A stretch of 64,000 nucleotides of DNA from the human T2T-CHM13v2.0 reference genome, Homo sapiens (GCF_009914755.1 NC_060927.1); one strand, 5' to 3'. Positions 41,215 to 57,902 are shown, counted from the first letter of the stretch. Numbers and translations: made by a program. Notes: generated by a model from the sequence alone, not told the origin.

Positions 41215-41520
41215 TGCTGGAAACCATCATTCTCAGCAAACTAACACAGGAGCAGAAAATCATACACCACATGTTCTCACTCATAAGTGGGAGGTGAACA
41301 ATGAGAACACATGGACACAGGGAGGGGAACATCACACACCGGGGCCTGTAGTGGGGGTGAGGGGCAAGAGGAGGAATAGCATTAGGAGAAATACCTAATG
41401 TAGATGACCGGTTGATGGGTGCAGCAAACCACCATGGCATATGTATACCTACATAACAAACCTGCACGTTCTGAACATGTATCCCAGAACCTAAAGTATA
41501 ATAAAAAATGAAAAAATAAA
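41215..41520 (+). mobile_element. Short L1PA 3' end
   Basis: ctggaaaccatcattctcagcaaactaacacagg...cctaaagtataataaaaaa with TSD aagatat(a/g)aaa. Confidence 0.92.
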
Positions 41521-41665
41521 AGATATGAAAATACCCTAAGAAAAAAGGTATAAAACTGAATCTATTTCTTTGGGTTGCCAGCTTTTAACCAATGACCTGT
41601 CTTTTCATGCCCTAGTAACACTGTGTTTTAAATATTTCAGCTTTAAAATATGTTTCATAATCTGG

Positions 41666-41973
41666 GGCCAGGAGCAATGGCTCAGCCCTGTAATCCCAAC
41701 ACTTTGGGAACCCTAGGGGGGCGGATCACTTGACGTCAGGAGGTCAAGACCAGCCTGGGCAACATGGCAAAACCCCATCTCTACTAAAAGTACAAAAATT
41801 AGCCAAGACATGGGGCGAAACCCCATCTCTACTAAAAATACAAAAATTAGCCAAGGCTGAGGCTGAGGCAGGAGAATCACTTGAACCTTGGAGGCGGAGG
41901 TTGCACTGAGCTGAGATCTTGCTGCTGCGCTCCAGCCTGGGCGACAGAGACAAAAATGAATAAATACAATAAT
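41666..41973 (+). mobile_element. Rearranged AluS
   Basis: The left-arm end and linker are duplicated, and the start of the right arm is missing. Confidence 0.9.
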
Positions 41974-42899
41974 AAAATCTGTATGCCTTGTTCCTTTTAT
42001 TATTCTTATTTTCATAATGATTTTGGCTATTCTGGCATGTTTAACTTTCCTTTTCAATTTTCAAATCAAGTTATTTAATCCCCATCCCCACCCCTCACAG
42101 AAAAGAAGGTGAAGGAGGAGGAAGTGGAGAAGGAAGAAGACTCCTGTTATTAATTCTAACTAACTTGCATGAAGTGTAGAGATTAATTTAGGAATGAGTA
42201 AAATGTTGTGATATTCAGTCTACCTTTCCAAGAACCGGAAATGCCTTGCCATTTAGTCAAGCCTTCTTTGACGTCCCTCAATCATGTGTCAGAACTTCCT
42301 TCATAAAACTCTTGCACATTTCTTATCAAGTTTATTCTCTTTTAAAATTATTTTTGGTGGTTATTATGTTTTTCGCATCATACTTTTTAAAATGTTTTAA
42401 ATTATATTTTAAATTTTTGTGGGTACATGGTAGGTATATATGCCATCATACTTTTTTATATGGATTCTGTATACAGATAACAAATTTGATTATGGTCATT
42501 AGGAATTTTTCAGTTGGTTCTCTTGGGTTTTGATATATACAATCCTTATCTACAAACAATAATTTTATCGCCTCCTTTCCAATTTCCATATCTCTTTTTT
42601 TCCTTTTTTATCATAGCATCAGCTTGTACTGATAGACGAATGCTTTCATTAGGGAGGCATTAGTGCTTTTAACAACTTTTATCTATCTCCTTATAGTCAA
42701 TGATCTCTAAATATACTAAATGACCTTCCTCTTCTGAGATGGTTTTATCAATTTACCTTTTTCTAATATTATTCCACTTCAGTTTAGTTGAACAGAGTCA
42801 ATTATTCCCATTTCCTCTATATTTGTGGTAATTTTTCTATTCTTGTTTCTTATTTTGTGTAATTGTGCTTTGCTTGTTTTAACTAGTTTTTCTTTCCTC

Positions 42900-44095
42900 T
42901 GTTTTTATTTTTATTTTTATTTCAATAGGTTTTTGGGGAGCAGGTGGTGTTTGGTTACATGGATAAGCTCTTTAGTGGTGATTCCCGAGTTCTTCATACA
43001 CTGTACCCAATGTGTAGTCTTTTATCCCTTGCCACCCCCACTTTTTCCCCCAAGTCCCCAAAGTCCAATGTATCATTCTTATACTCTTGAGTCCTCATAG
43101 CTTAGCTTCTACATAGGAGTGAGAACGCACAATGCTTGGTTTTCCATTCCTGAGTTACTTCACTTAGAATAATAGTCTCTAATTCCATCCAGGTTGCTGC
43201 AAATGCCATTATTTCATTCCTTTTTATGGCTGAGTAGTATTTCATGGTGTATATATTTTATATATATATACACACACACACACATACACGTATATATGTA
43301 TATATATACGTACGTATATACATATATACACATATAGGTATATGTGTATATATACATATATATACATATATACATATATACGTATGTATATATAATACAT
43401 GTGTATATATATACACGTATATGTGTGTATATATGTATATATACATATACGTATATATACGTATATACACATATGTGTGTATATATACTATATATGTATA
43501 TATATACACATATATATACTTTTCTTTATCCACTCATTCATTGATGGGCATTTGGGCTGGTTCCATATTTTTGCAATTACAAATTGTGCTGTTATAAACG
43601 TGTGTGCAAGTATCTTTTTCACTTAATGACTTTTTCCTCTGGGTAGAGTAGTGGGATTGCTGGATCAAATGGTAGATCTTTAAGGAATATCCTCACTCTT
43701 TTCCACAGTGGTTGTACTAGTTTACATTCCCACCAGCTGTGTAAAAGTGTCCTGTTTTCACCACATCCATGCCAACACCTATTTTTTTTTTTATTTTTTG
43801 ATTATGGCCATTCTTACAGGAGTGAGGTGGTATCGCATTGTGGTTTTGATTTGCATTTCCCTGATTATTAGTGATGTTGAGCATTTTTCCATATGCTTGT
43901 TGGCCATTTGTATATCTTCTTTTCAGAACTGTCTATTCAAGTCTTTAGCCAACTTTTTGGTGGGATTTTTTGTTGTTGTTTGTTTTGTTTTGTTTTTACT
44001 TGATGATTTGTTTGAGTTCCTTGTAGATTCTGGATATTAGTCCTTTGTCAGCTGTATAAATTGTGAAGGTTTTCTCCTACTTTGGGGGTTGTCTG
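42900..44095 (-). mobile_element. L1 3' end (L1PB-like) containing an expanded TA/CA microsatellite
   Basis: Reverse-complement L1 3' UTR and ORF2 end (gttttgatttgcatttccctgattattagtgatgttgagc). Confidence 0.9.
43248..43519. repeat. Compound (TA)n/(CA)n/(TG)n microsatellite, about 270 bp
   Basis: Continuous alternating purine-pyrimidine tract. Confidence 0.95.
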
Positions 44096-44461
44096 CTTTA
44101 ACTAATTTTTGAAAACTAGCTCTTGAATGTATTTCTTAGTTTCTTGGTTTTTCTGTTTACATTCCATTAATGTTTGCTTTTATTTTTATTTGTTCTTTAA
44201 TTTTTCTTAGGCTTAATTTCTTGTTCTTTGTCTAGTTTTTAAAATGTGATGCTTAATTTATTTGTTCTCATCTGTTCTTGTTTATCTGTGAAAACATTTA
44301 GGGTTATATATTTTTTCTCAGAACACAGCATTAGCTGTATCTCTTGAGTTCTAACATGTAATAATTTAATTAATGGTATTTTCTAGATATTCTGACCTTT
44401 AAAGTTTGATTTTCTCTTTAATCAAGAAATTGTTTAAGAGAATTTTTAAATTTCCAAGTGG

Positions 44462-45092
<631 letters not shown>

Positions 45093-45416
45093 CACAGAGT
45101 AAAATGTTTTATAGAAGAAAGATTTTAATGTAAAATATTATGTATTTATGAATCTGTTCAGGGACTTTTGTTTCCTCTATGTTGGAGCTTTTCTTTTTGG
45201 CACGATCATGGCTCGTTGTGTTGGAGTTTTATTTATAAAGTATGCCTATATAATGTGTGCACATGTATATATGCATATGTTTTAAATACATTTTTAACTA
45301 ATATGCATTAACTACTATGCCCTAACATTGTATTTGTTACACAAATACATTGACTAGTTTATTCCTTAATTATTGTCCATTATAATAGAAGACCAAATCT
45401 CAGAGAGATTTGTAAC

Positions 45417-46285
<869 letters not shown>

Positions 46286-47054
46286 CCCACAGGTGAATTT
46301 TAAAGGAGGATCCTCCATCAGATATGCACTGCTGGCTCAAATCAGCATGTCCCCTCAACCAGTCTCCTCTGGAATGCACTTGGATTTAATCCACTCCAAC
46401 CATAGTGTTTCTACTTTGAACTTATAGTCACACCAGTGTCTCATTCCTTTGACGGGATTATTGTATTATCTGTGTATGCATATGCCTCTATACCACTGGA
46501 TTAAAGCTCCTAAAAAAGCAAGGATACTGCCTTCTTTATGTTTGTATTACCAAGCATCCAACTCTGTAATGTTTCTTCCCAACAAGCAGGGGCTACCCAG
46601 GCCAGTGATCACGTGGGGCACAGAGTGAGTGCAAAGTACCTTAAACCTCTGGGGTGGCTGGCATGAAAGATCAGATGTCAGGTGCAGAGACCTGAGGATG
46701 CTAACACTGAAGCCAGATAAATAGTCCAAACACCATACTGTCGAGTCCACAGGTTGAGATGGGAAAGCGGGAACAAGTGGAGCAGGAGAGAAGGTAGGCA
46801 CAGGGAAAGTGGGTTAAGACCCAGAAATGCCAAAGTAAAATCAGACATTTGTACATCATCAGACAAGCATATTTCATACAATTCCCATAATAAAGCCTTT
46901 TAAATGCCACCAGTTCCTTTGTGGCTCTCTTGCCATCTTTGTCTATACAGAAGTATTTATTCAATTATTTCAAGGATTTTTCCTATTTCATAAAAAATAA
47001 GTGGGAAATGGAAAACTGCAGTGCACCTTATTGTAGTAAAAAGAGCACAGATCT

Positions 47055-47326
<272 letters not shown>

Positions 47327-47710
47327 GCACAGATCTTATAAAATTGTTACACAGATGAAAGTCATTCTATGTGCTTTACATGCTAACTCTTCAGCTTCCA
47401 TCTAGGGTTCACTGTACTTAAGCTAATTCAAGTGTAAGTTTGACTTTGAAGGAAAAATATAAAGTTGTAAAACATAAAAATTGCTGCAACAGCATCTTCA
47501 AAATGTGCTACTGAATGCAACGGTAACTATATAATTTAATCTTTCTGGTTTGCTTGTATTACAAATCTCCTTATAATATGTAAATATGTTGTTCAACTTT
47601 CAGACATTTGACTTTCAAACAGATTTTTTCAGAAACTCATTATATAAAAAAGTGGGAGACGCTCTGGTATAAAACTTTTAAAAATAGTAAATATTACTGT
47701 ATAAGTAGGC

Positions 47711-47922
47711 TAGTGGTCCTCAGTGGCAGTTTTGCCCCAAAGGGGATATTTGAAATGTCTGGAGACATTTTTGATTGTCATGGCTGGGGAAGGTGGAGCA
47801 ATTGACATCTGTTGAATACAGGCCAGGGAAGCTGCTCAGCATCCTACAATAAACAGCACAGCCCCCAAAACAAGGATATACCTAGTCCAATATGTCAATA
47901 GTGCTGAGGTTGAGAAACCCTG
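47711..47922. mobile_element. MER20 (hAT-Charlie)
   Basis: ttttgcccc..ggggatattt..aatgtctggagacatttttgattgtca...aatagtgctgaggttgagaaaccctg. Confidence 0.88.
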
Positions 47923-47934
47923 ATGCAGGTAAAA

Positions 47935-48343
47935 TACAAGCTGTAAAATACAAACAACCCTACCATCTCTGTGACTTAACACACCAGAAGTTTATTATCC
48001 CTGTAATAATCCTATGTGGGTTGGCAGTGAGGGTCTCTGCTCTTTATATACATACAGGAATCTAGGTTTTATCTATCCAGTGCCCCCCTGACAAACCATA
48101 GGGCTTCAGAATCTTCCACCAGATCTTTCTGGAAAGTCAAGAAAGAAAAGAGGCCTTTAGAGAAACGCATGGGAGACCTTTTGGGCTCTTGCTGGAGGTG
48201 GTATCAATTCTACCCACATTCCATTGTACACAAGTCAGTCACATGCCTGTATCTAATGCCAAGGGAGGCAAGGAAATGTAGTCTAGCTGTTTGTCCAAAA
48301 TGGGGAAACAAGTTTGATGAGTATCTACCCAGTCTCTGCCACC
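47935..48343 (-). mobile_element. Ancient MaLR LTR (MLT1K-like)
   Basis: aacaaccc..atctctgtgacttaacac...cattccattg...agtcacatg...ggaaatgtagtctagctgt...agtctctgccac. Confidence 0.65.
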
Positions 48344-50864
48344 ATTTCTTAGTTGTCTTTGTGTTTAACAAAATGCTTTGCTCACAGGTGCTCAATAACT
48401 GTAAATTAACAATATTAATTAATACAAAAAATTTTTCATTAATACAAAACAATATTGTCTTTTTTAAAAAATATGAACTAGAATCTGAAACTAACATTTA
48501 ATATGAGGTCACCTGCAAATTTTATTTTAAGCAATACATGTCTTACTAAAATGAAATATGGTAATATGATAACCAGATTTTTGAGCACTATGTTTAAAAT
48601 ACAAGTATATATCATTTGATGTTTATTTCATATTTTGTGTTTTCAAACTCTTACCTATATTAGCTAACATAACCTATGTTTCTTATCTAATTTAAAAATT
48701 TCTTCTTTGTAAATTTTTAAGTGCTCAAATTTTAAAATATAAAGCATGTAGCATTTTACACAAACAGCAAAATTACAATTTTTGTAAAATTAATGTGCAA
48801 TTAGATATTGACTTTCTACATACTATTCTTACAAGGAAGAGAGACAAAACAGCAACCATAACCAACAGAATAATGTTGTAAGTATTTTGACCTTTTGACA
48901 TCTTTAGAGTTATTTTTAAAGCAATTGCTTCCACGTGCCCCCTTCTTTAAAAAAAAGAAAAAGAAAACAAAGGCTAACATATAAATGGTGAGTCTTGCAT
49001 CATATCCCTAATATCAGCAATCTGGCATTTCCAGGTCCAAATGAACGTTTATTTCTAAAAGGAAGAAAAATAAAATTTTAATACCATCAGAGGGTAAATC
49101 TAATTACCAGGCAACCACCTTTTTAACCAACTATATTGACATTGTTCTGAAATTAACAATTGGATTTAGTTTAGCAATGAATAGCATTGGATAGATTAAA
49201 TACAACCAGATTCAACAACTTCAATTCCGTGTCTCCCTTCATTCCTTTCTAAATTCCCAAGTTCCTCTCACTAATGGACTGCTTATGATATGCTAAGGAG
49301 TCCATCAACAGTATAGAGTAAGGGTAGAGATAGAATGTGATCATGATGAAATTGCTGCATTCCATTGCAGAGGTGATAAAAATGCAGGGCACCTCATAAA
49401 TATTTCTGACCCATTTGCTTAGAGGAATGGAAGTATTTATGGTTAGGAAATCTCTGGCTATAAAAAAGCATTCCAGTTTATTCTATGCTATCAAGTAGCC
49501 TTTTGTTAAAGTAGAGTTTTATAGGTAAGTTATTACTGGGAAACCTGCCTTTGGAACATTAGTAATGCAATAAATTCTGTCCAGCCCATCTAGGCTATTT
49601 TGGGAATAACTATGTCTAAATGAGCCAAATACATTTCACCAAAGATATTATATTATATTCAGAGGCCTATGTATGATCTTCTTGGTCCTTGTCTTTTTGA
49701 GATTAGTAATGGTAGAAATATTCATGATAGTTTTTTTATTTAAAGAATTTTAATCAAAATATGACACAAAAAATTACCTAAACAAAGATTTGTAGTTAAA
49801 TCAAGGAAGTTAACTGATCTTAATTACCCATAAAATCACATTGTAGCTCATGAAAATAGCATGTGGGATTCATGAAAATATTTTCCTATCTTGAATTCTT
49901 TGGTATGAAGTTTAAATCATATGTTTTCAAAATTGTATGGGCATTCTGAAATCTATATATGGTGTATTTCTGGTTTGCTTTCAAATTAGGCTATAAACTC
50001 ATTGGCATAAGGGATTGAGTACAAGAGGCAGTTCGCCTTTGAAGTCAGATGTCTTGGGTTTCAGTAATGGCTCTGCCACTTAATAGCTGTGTGGCCTTGG
50101 GTAAATTACACAGCAATCCTGTGCCCGTCTCTCCTGCATTATAAAAGGACAATAAAAATACATATTTTAGAAGATTAAGTTATTGCAAATAATGTTCTTA
50201 GAGTAATATCTGGCACATAGTAAGCCCCCAATAAGTGTTTGCTACTATTATGGTTATTTTCCTTCTGTATGTTCCCACACACAGCATTCAGCAGATTATT
50301 GGCCCTAAAGGAGGCACTTGGTATATATTTACTGAATAAATCAGTGATAGCGTATCTTGCATGGTTATCTCACTTCCATGAGACACATGGTAGTATACTA
50401 GTATGGGAAGTGGGAGGGACTGGGAATCAGAGAGAACCAATAATCCAGTTTATTAGAAATATATGGCTACAAAGCTTCCAAAGAAAAAAAAATTGACATA
50501 TCGCCTTTTCTAACTAATTAAGTTTTGTTTTTTTCTTCCGTTAAATGAAGACAAGAATATTCTTATGAGATCATTGTAAAAATTAGGAACAATATATGGT
50601 GAGCATTGGCAAAAATATTTGGCACTCAATAAATGATAGTTACCACTAACTTGTGCAGGCTGACACTATAAAGAATGACAGCACTGACTACAAATATGAT
50701 TCCCTCACTCCACTACATTTGTAAATGTCTACCCAGTACAAGGCAATGTGCTGGTGACTGGGAATGGAAAGATAAAAAGACATGATTTCTGTGTCTCATA
50801 CTATGTTGAGAAGTAAGATTTTTTTAAGGTGATAAAATACATAATTTTATACAGAAGCATAAAT

Positions 50865-51050
<186 letters not shown>

Positions 51051-53636
51051 TGACCCAAGAATAAGTAGAAGGCAGAAATATAGATCAATAACCATATTGT
51101 AGTAGACCATGGCCAGGCCTGTTTCATCAAAACCTTGTGTAGGTACAATAGTACAGTAAAAAATTTCAAACTGGGTTATATTATTAGATGCTCTATAGAT
51201 GCTAGATGCCTCAGTGGTACTAAGTGGTATTCGAAATTTTGTAAATCTGGTACCAAGAAGATGGTAACATGGTTTAAAATTGAAATGTATCCTTTTTTAG
51301 TATAGGCCCCTATGTGCTGATATGTACCCACCTACATTCCCCCAGCACATAAGGTGTTATCAGGCAGTCAGCTGCCAGGGGCAGCTTCTTCAACATAGTA
51401 GACCCTTTCCTCCATGTGGACTACTGAGGCCTCCAGACAGCAGCATGCCTGCATGGGAAACAAGGACAGTGCCAGAAAGCCCAATTCACTCACACCACCA
51501 CGAATCCTTGAGTCCATGAATCGGTAAGTGAATCCATGAATCTTTGCATCCACTCAATTGCTTGTTTGCTGGTTAAAAAGTCAAAACACAGAGAAATGAT
51601 TTTGCTTAAGAAAGTTGTGTTGCTCAAAATATAATTCTCATCAATCCTCAAGTGCAGGACAGCTTATATCGTCTGGCTCATCTTATCGTAGAAGAAACTG
51701 AAAGAAGTACAAATTATTTGCATATTATAGCAATTTTCAATGCACTGAAAAAAAAATCTAAAGTTTTGAATTCCATTTACAAAGCTAGAAAGCCTCAAAA
51801 ATATTATGCTCAAAAAACAAAACTGTAGGTCAGCATTTTCAAAACAGATCCACAAACCTTTTTCAGATAGATGTTAATGAATGGCCACATAAAAAAAGAT
51901 TTTGTGATCTAACAATTTAGATCAATGCTACCCACGATAGCCCTTTCTTGAAGACTCATAATACATTTTTATATAAAAGGTTTTGAGAAGTCCTACAGTA
52001 AACAAGCAATTTAACAAAGAATTTCCCAAACTTATTTGACTCTAAGCTCTCACTCTCTTTTTTATGCCCCATAACATTTTCTGCAACCAAAGAAAACACA
52101 GTGGAAAAATAATAACCAAATCAATTTGGAAACATATCAGATTTCATCAGGACAACAGAAATAGGCAATATTTCCTGCTTCTAAATATTAATAATGAATA
52201 TGTAACACCTCATAAATCTGACAAATACTTAGGTGATTCTTCCATTTATTCATTCATATATTGGATTATCATTTAGCTCTTTCAAGGAGTGTATTATTCC
52301 CTTAAATATCAGCATTAATGCAATTTATATTTATGTTTGGTTTTTCTTCATTGGCTCTGAAAGACACAAGTGAAATGTGGAAGAGCTGGAATTGGTCTCA
52401 GAGAAAAACGTTGATCAACCTAGGTTAGAGAAGGTAAGAAATAACAATTATTTTCTGAAACTTCTAACCAGAGTCCCCTGATATTTAATGTTCAAGTGGA
52501 AGCATAGATTGAATAGAACAGGCTTCCAAGAAAGATTATGGGAGCCTAGTAAAATTCTTTTAAAAGGCTACTCTCTGAACTCTATAAATAGTATGTGTGT
52601 CTCACATGCTATTTGAACACCTGGCTCTTTTTTCCCATGCCATAGCCATGGTGCCTTTTTGCCAGGTTCATGATGGCAGGGCAGGCTTTAACTGCAACTG
52701 CTTTCATGTAGCCTTCAAAGTGGGTGTTAATGACACAGTATTCTTTGCCCCAGTCTGAACATCATGACTCTAATACTATCAATTCATACAGATGTCTGGC
52801 ATTTGATAAAGGAAAGCATCTATTATACAAACTATATGGGGCTAAAACATCTTGGGTTTGGAATAATCCAAATTAAAGGTGTCAAATATTACATTCGATG
52901 TACAAAAATTTTGGGAGCTTCAGTTTAAAATAAATTTTTAAATGCATCTTTATTTCAATTCTGCCTAGCCATGATTTTGGTTCATAAGAGAAAGTTATGC
53001 ATTCTTTCATTTACTAGAGAAATAGAATTACTATTCAATTGGTATATATACATAACAATTGAAATTTCAGGCTGTCATTTTGATGTAAAATCTATTTTGT
53101 TTGCTAATTTCTAAATCTTGTAAGAGATCATAATACTAAAACCCCAACATCTCTTTAAAAGCCAGATATCATTTATCTCAGTTGAATATCTTTTTTGGCT
53201 TGGTTAAAAGGTGGACAAAAGTTACCAAGTTCAATTATGACCTAAAAAAACTCCAAATATTTACAAAATAGAAAAATGGACTTTTCATACTAAGTCCAGG
53301 GCATGGATGCATGAACTGGTACTAATTAACACCAGCTTAGGCTATCTCTTTGAAAGTTTCATTTTTTTTATGTTTGTCATTTGAATCACAACAATGAAAA
53401 AATAAATAATTAATCATAAGACAAAAATCCAGTTACGTATGTGTTCAGCTACATGAATTATTTCTTATGGAACCAAGGTCAAGCATTTTAATTTTTCATT
53501 CTAATGAGGATAAGAAAGGCAAGTGAGCTAAATCATACATAGACATGATTAAAAGAGGCAAGGATTATTATACTGAGCAGTATCTTGTAATTGTTTAAAG
53601 ACTAGTCCGATATGATGTCAAAAGAGGGAATGAGGG

Positions 53637-53954
53637 TTTTCTTTTTTTTTGCTTTTCGTTTTGTTTTGTTTTTGAGATGGAGACTTGCTCTGTCACCCAG
53701 GCTGGGGTACAGTAGCACGATCTCGGCTCACTGCAACCTCCACCTCCCGAGTTCAAGCAGTTCTCTTCCTCAGCCTCCCAAGTAGCTGGGATTACAGGTG
53801 TCTGCCACCACCCCTGCCTAATTTTTGTGCATTTTTAGTAGAGAAGGGGTTTCACCATTTTGGCCAGGCTGGTCTTGAACTCCTGACCTCGTGATCTACC
53901 CGCCTTGGCCTCCCAAAATACTGGGATTACAGGCGTAAGCCACAGCGCCCGGCC
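53637..53954 (-). mobile_element. AluS
   Basis: Full reverse-complement Alu with TSD gggaatgagg. Confidence 0.93.
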
Positions 53955-54198
53955 TGGGAATGAGGTTTTAAAGATACTTGCAATAAGTAAAAGGAGTTAT
54001 TTTTACCCAGAATTATAAAATTACACCTATGTATTTTTTTTTAAGGTACTAGACACAGAGTGAAAAATACAAACACTTAATATAATGGATTAAGATTCTG
54101 GGCAGCCAACACTCACTTTTTTAGAAGAGTTCATCTTACTAAGGATCCAATGTAGACAGTAGAGAAGATGCTTACAACATTAAATGGGAAAAGGGTCC

Positions 54199-54637
54199 TG
54201 TCTTTGGTCTGTCCCTGCAAAACAGAGGCTTAAGCTGAGATTAGCCTGCAAGGAGGCTTACTGGGAAGGGCTCTAGGGAATAATACCTGTGAGGTAGAAA
54301 TGAAAGCAGGACTGAGTAGAGAGGAAAAGGGTGAATGATGATTGGCAGTGACCAATCATCATTGGCTGAGCTTCCATGAATTGTATGGAAAGCCATAGAA
54401 GAGGGATGGCCCCTCAGAGTTGTCCAAACATGTGGCAAGGGAACCAGGCCTTTGTACCTCCACACTGACCAGTCAAGTGGATCGTACTCACAAGGGGATA
54501 GAAACTGAGCCAAGACCACCCCTTTTGTCCAAGAGCAGTGCCTGAGGAAGGACTCAGCTATGAACAGTCAGCATGCAGCACTCAGGGCAGCTGGTGGAAC
54601 AAAGGGGTCCTGGGTGGTGTATAGAGCATCCACTGCA
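54199..54637 (-). mobile_element. Ancient MaLR LTR (MLT1H/J-like)
   Basis: gatggcccctcagagttgtcc...ggcctttgtacctc...accagtca...gagcatccactgca. Confidence 0.65.
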
Positions 54638-55449
54638 AGTCCCTGGAGTGGAGACTGTTACTAATAGGTAATATTGAGCTGCAAGAATTCCTGACATTAG
54701 TAAAATGCAGTGAGAACTTCATTTTATGCTTGTCTACTCAGGTAAAATCCAAAGAAGAGAACGCATCAGGACAAAAAAATAAAAGCTGTAGTATAAGTTC
54801 CAGAAAAACAAAAATAGGTGTAATGCAATTCCAAGATAACTGACATCTGCAGAAGTCTCACATTAGGTATGTGTTTAGATTCTCTCCCTCCCATGCATAT
54901 ACATTCCCTCCCATGCATATGCATTATAGACCTTGTGATCCTTAAGTCAAGAAAATTTAGTCCAGCAATACTCCTGGTCAGAGAAATATGACATCACACT
55001 CACAAACAAACATCAAATGAAGAACTCTCCATGCTCTCTCTCATTCGGGCCAGAACAAAAACCACACACTTGCAGATAAGTAATATGAATGTGGAGGGGC
55101 TTTGGCTTAGCAACAGCATTTTATTTCCCCTATTATTGTGTTGGCTGCTGAAAAGATCCCAAACACCTAATTCAAATAAAATGTAAAATGTTTGCTCCTT
55201 GTTTCTTATTTCTCATTGTCTTCACTGCATTTCAACTGGAATGTTCTGCCACCATCTCAAACTTAAAATGGCCCATGCCAGCCTCCTCACCAAATTTACT
55301 CAGAGAGTTTTTCAAATTAACAAACTGTAATACAGACAAGATAGATGCATGGTGCTCTAGGTTGCATATCCACCAAAACAAATCTGAAAAGCAGAAAATA
55401 ATTAATTGTTCTTGAGTCAAAGGTACAAAATGTTAGAAATTATATTGAT

Positions 55450-56900
55450 TTTTCTCCAGTTTTATTGAGGTATACTTGACAAATAAAAATTGTATATATT
55501 TAAGGTATGCAATGTGACTTTCTGAGATATGTATACATGTATACATTGTAAAATGATTACCACAATCAAGCTAATTAACATACCCATTATCACACGTAAT
55601 TACCATTTTGTGTGTGTGGTGAGAACACTTAAGATAAACTTTCTTAGCAAATTTTCAAATATAAAATAGAGTATTATTCATTATAGTCAGCATACTGTAC
55701 ATTAGATCACCAGAACTTCTTCATCCCATGTAACTGAACCTTCGGACATTTTCGTCATTATTTCCCAATTTCCCCACCCACCTCCTGGCTCCCAGCAACC
55801 ACCATTCCACTCTCTGAGTTTAGCATGTTTAGATTCCATATAAAAGTAAGATCATGCAATGTTTGTCTTTCTGTCTCTGGCTTATTCACTTGGCATAATG
55901 TCCTCCCAGGTTAATCCATGTTGTCAAAAATGGTAGGATTTCCTTTTTTTTAGGCTGAATACACACACACCCCCACCCCCCACATTTTTAATCCATTCAT
56001 CTGTTGATGAACACGTAGGTTGTTTCCAATATATCTTGGCTATTGTGAATAATGCTGCAATGAACATGGGTGTGCAGATATGTCTTTGAGATACTGATTT
56101 TATTTCCTTTGGATATACCACCCAGAAGTGGGATTCCTGGCTTGTATGCTAATTCTGTTTTTATTTTATTTTATTTTATTTTATTTTATTTTATTTTATT
56201 TTATTTTATTTTATTTTATTTTTTGAAACATGTTCTCATTCTGTCACCCAGGCTGGAGTGCACAGTGGTGTAAACACCATTCACTGCAGCCTCAACCTCC
56301 CGCCTCAGCCTGCCAAGTAGCTGGGAGAACAGGCTCACACCACCACATCCAGCTAATTTTTTTTTTTTCTTGGTGGAGATGGGGTCTTGTCATGTTGCCC
56401 AGGCTGGCCTGGAACTCCTGGACTCAAGTGATCCTCCCAACTAGGCCTCCCAAAAGGCTGGGATTACAGGCCTGAGCCACTGCACCTGGCTTATTTTTAA
56501 GTTTTTGAGGAATCGCCATACAATTTTTCCTTAATAGCTGTACCAATTTACATTCCCACCCCAGTGTTCAAAGGCTCCCTTTTCTCCACAGCCTCACTTG
56601 TTTTGTCCTTTAGATAATAGCCATCCTAATAGGTGTGAAGCGATAGCCCACTGGAGGTTTGAATCATGTTTCTCTGACGATTAGTGATGTTGAGCACCTT
56701 TTCATATACCTGTTGGCCATTTGTATGTTTTCTTTTGAGAAATGTCTATTCAGGTTCTCAGTTCATTTTTCAATCTGGTTGTTTTGTTTTTTGCTATTGA
56801 GTTGTTTTCATTCCTTATATGTTTGGGATATCAGTTCCTTGTCAGATAAACAATTTGCACATATTCTCTCCCGTTCTGTCAGCTGCCTTTCAATTGATTT
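55450..56900 (-). mobile_element. L1MA-type 3' end with a nested AluJ (about 56158-56490, ATTTT tail)
   Basis: cagttttattgaggtatacttgacaaataaaaattgtatat 3' end. The ORF track gives YPKEIKSVSQRHICTPMFIAALFTIAK (L1 ORF2 C-terminus). Confidence 0.9.
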
Positions 56901-57902
56901 TTAGTGACACACAGTTTTTAAGTAGAAGCATAGGTGAAAAATAAATTATGCATTTTTTCTCAACCAGAAACTTTTTCTTTTTTCAAGGCTAATATACACA
57001 GATGGTTTCAGAATCATTCATACCTAAAATATATTGAACAAGCTATGATGCATAAAACACACAGTTTCATAGCAAGAAAGAATCTTAGATAACCTATTTC
57101 AACCTACCCATTTTACAGATAAGGAAGGGAGGCCAGAAATGGAAGTCACTCAGCAATGGACTTAGAGTTAATTAGTAGCCATTGCCACACAGAAGCCAAC
57201 TCTCAAAACAGTGTTTTTTGTACAACAATAAGCTCCATTCACATTTCAGGAAGTTTCAGTGTGTCCTTGTTTTCTATCATCACTGCAATTAATTAATATT
57301 TAATCTGATAGGAGATTGTGATTCCTAATGTCCTGTTCAATAGTAATGTTAAATGTTTAAGCTGCTTTAGCTTTTGGAATACAATACAGAAAACTGTGGT
57401 GAGATTTTATATCTTGGATAAACCTTGTTCCATATTTTGTATAAGTCATAAAGCTGGGAAATGTGGTTACCTGGTCACAAAAGTTAAATGCATTGAATAT
57501 ACGTTCTTTACGTAGGCCCCAGACCCATGGAAAAGAGCTGATCCCATGAGACTCCAGTGCTGAGGGAAGTGGCAGCTCTAATAACCTCCAACAATGTTCT
57601 GCCTGGAAAGAGGTTTGCAACTTAAAAGGATGCATGGCCTAAAGCCAGCACTGATCACATAGCATGAAAAAATTAAAACCAGGATCTAGTTTCAAATTCT
57701 GAAAGGCATTTTAAATGACTGGCTGACCCTGCATTGTAATTTTCATTATTGTTTTCCTACTTCATTCAGAACAGGATTTTGTATTGGGATTTTAAAAGGA
57801 ATACAAGTAGAAAAAAATCCATAACCATACATCCTCCCAGCCTCTAAAAGTTCTCTTTATTTATTACTTTTGGCTTTTATTCTGGATCTTACAAGGAAAA
57901 AT

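Noticed and set aside
43242-43626. Several Y/I/T/H-rich ORFs in the track (also 57870-58097)
   Set aside because: They are translations of TA/CA microsatellites.
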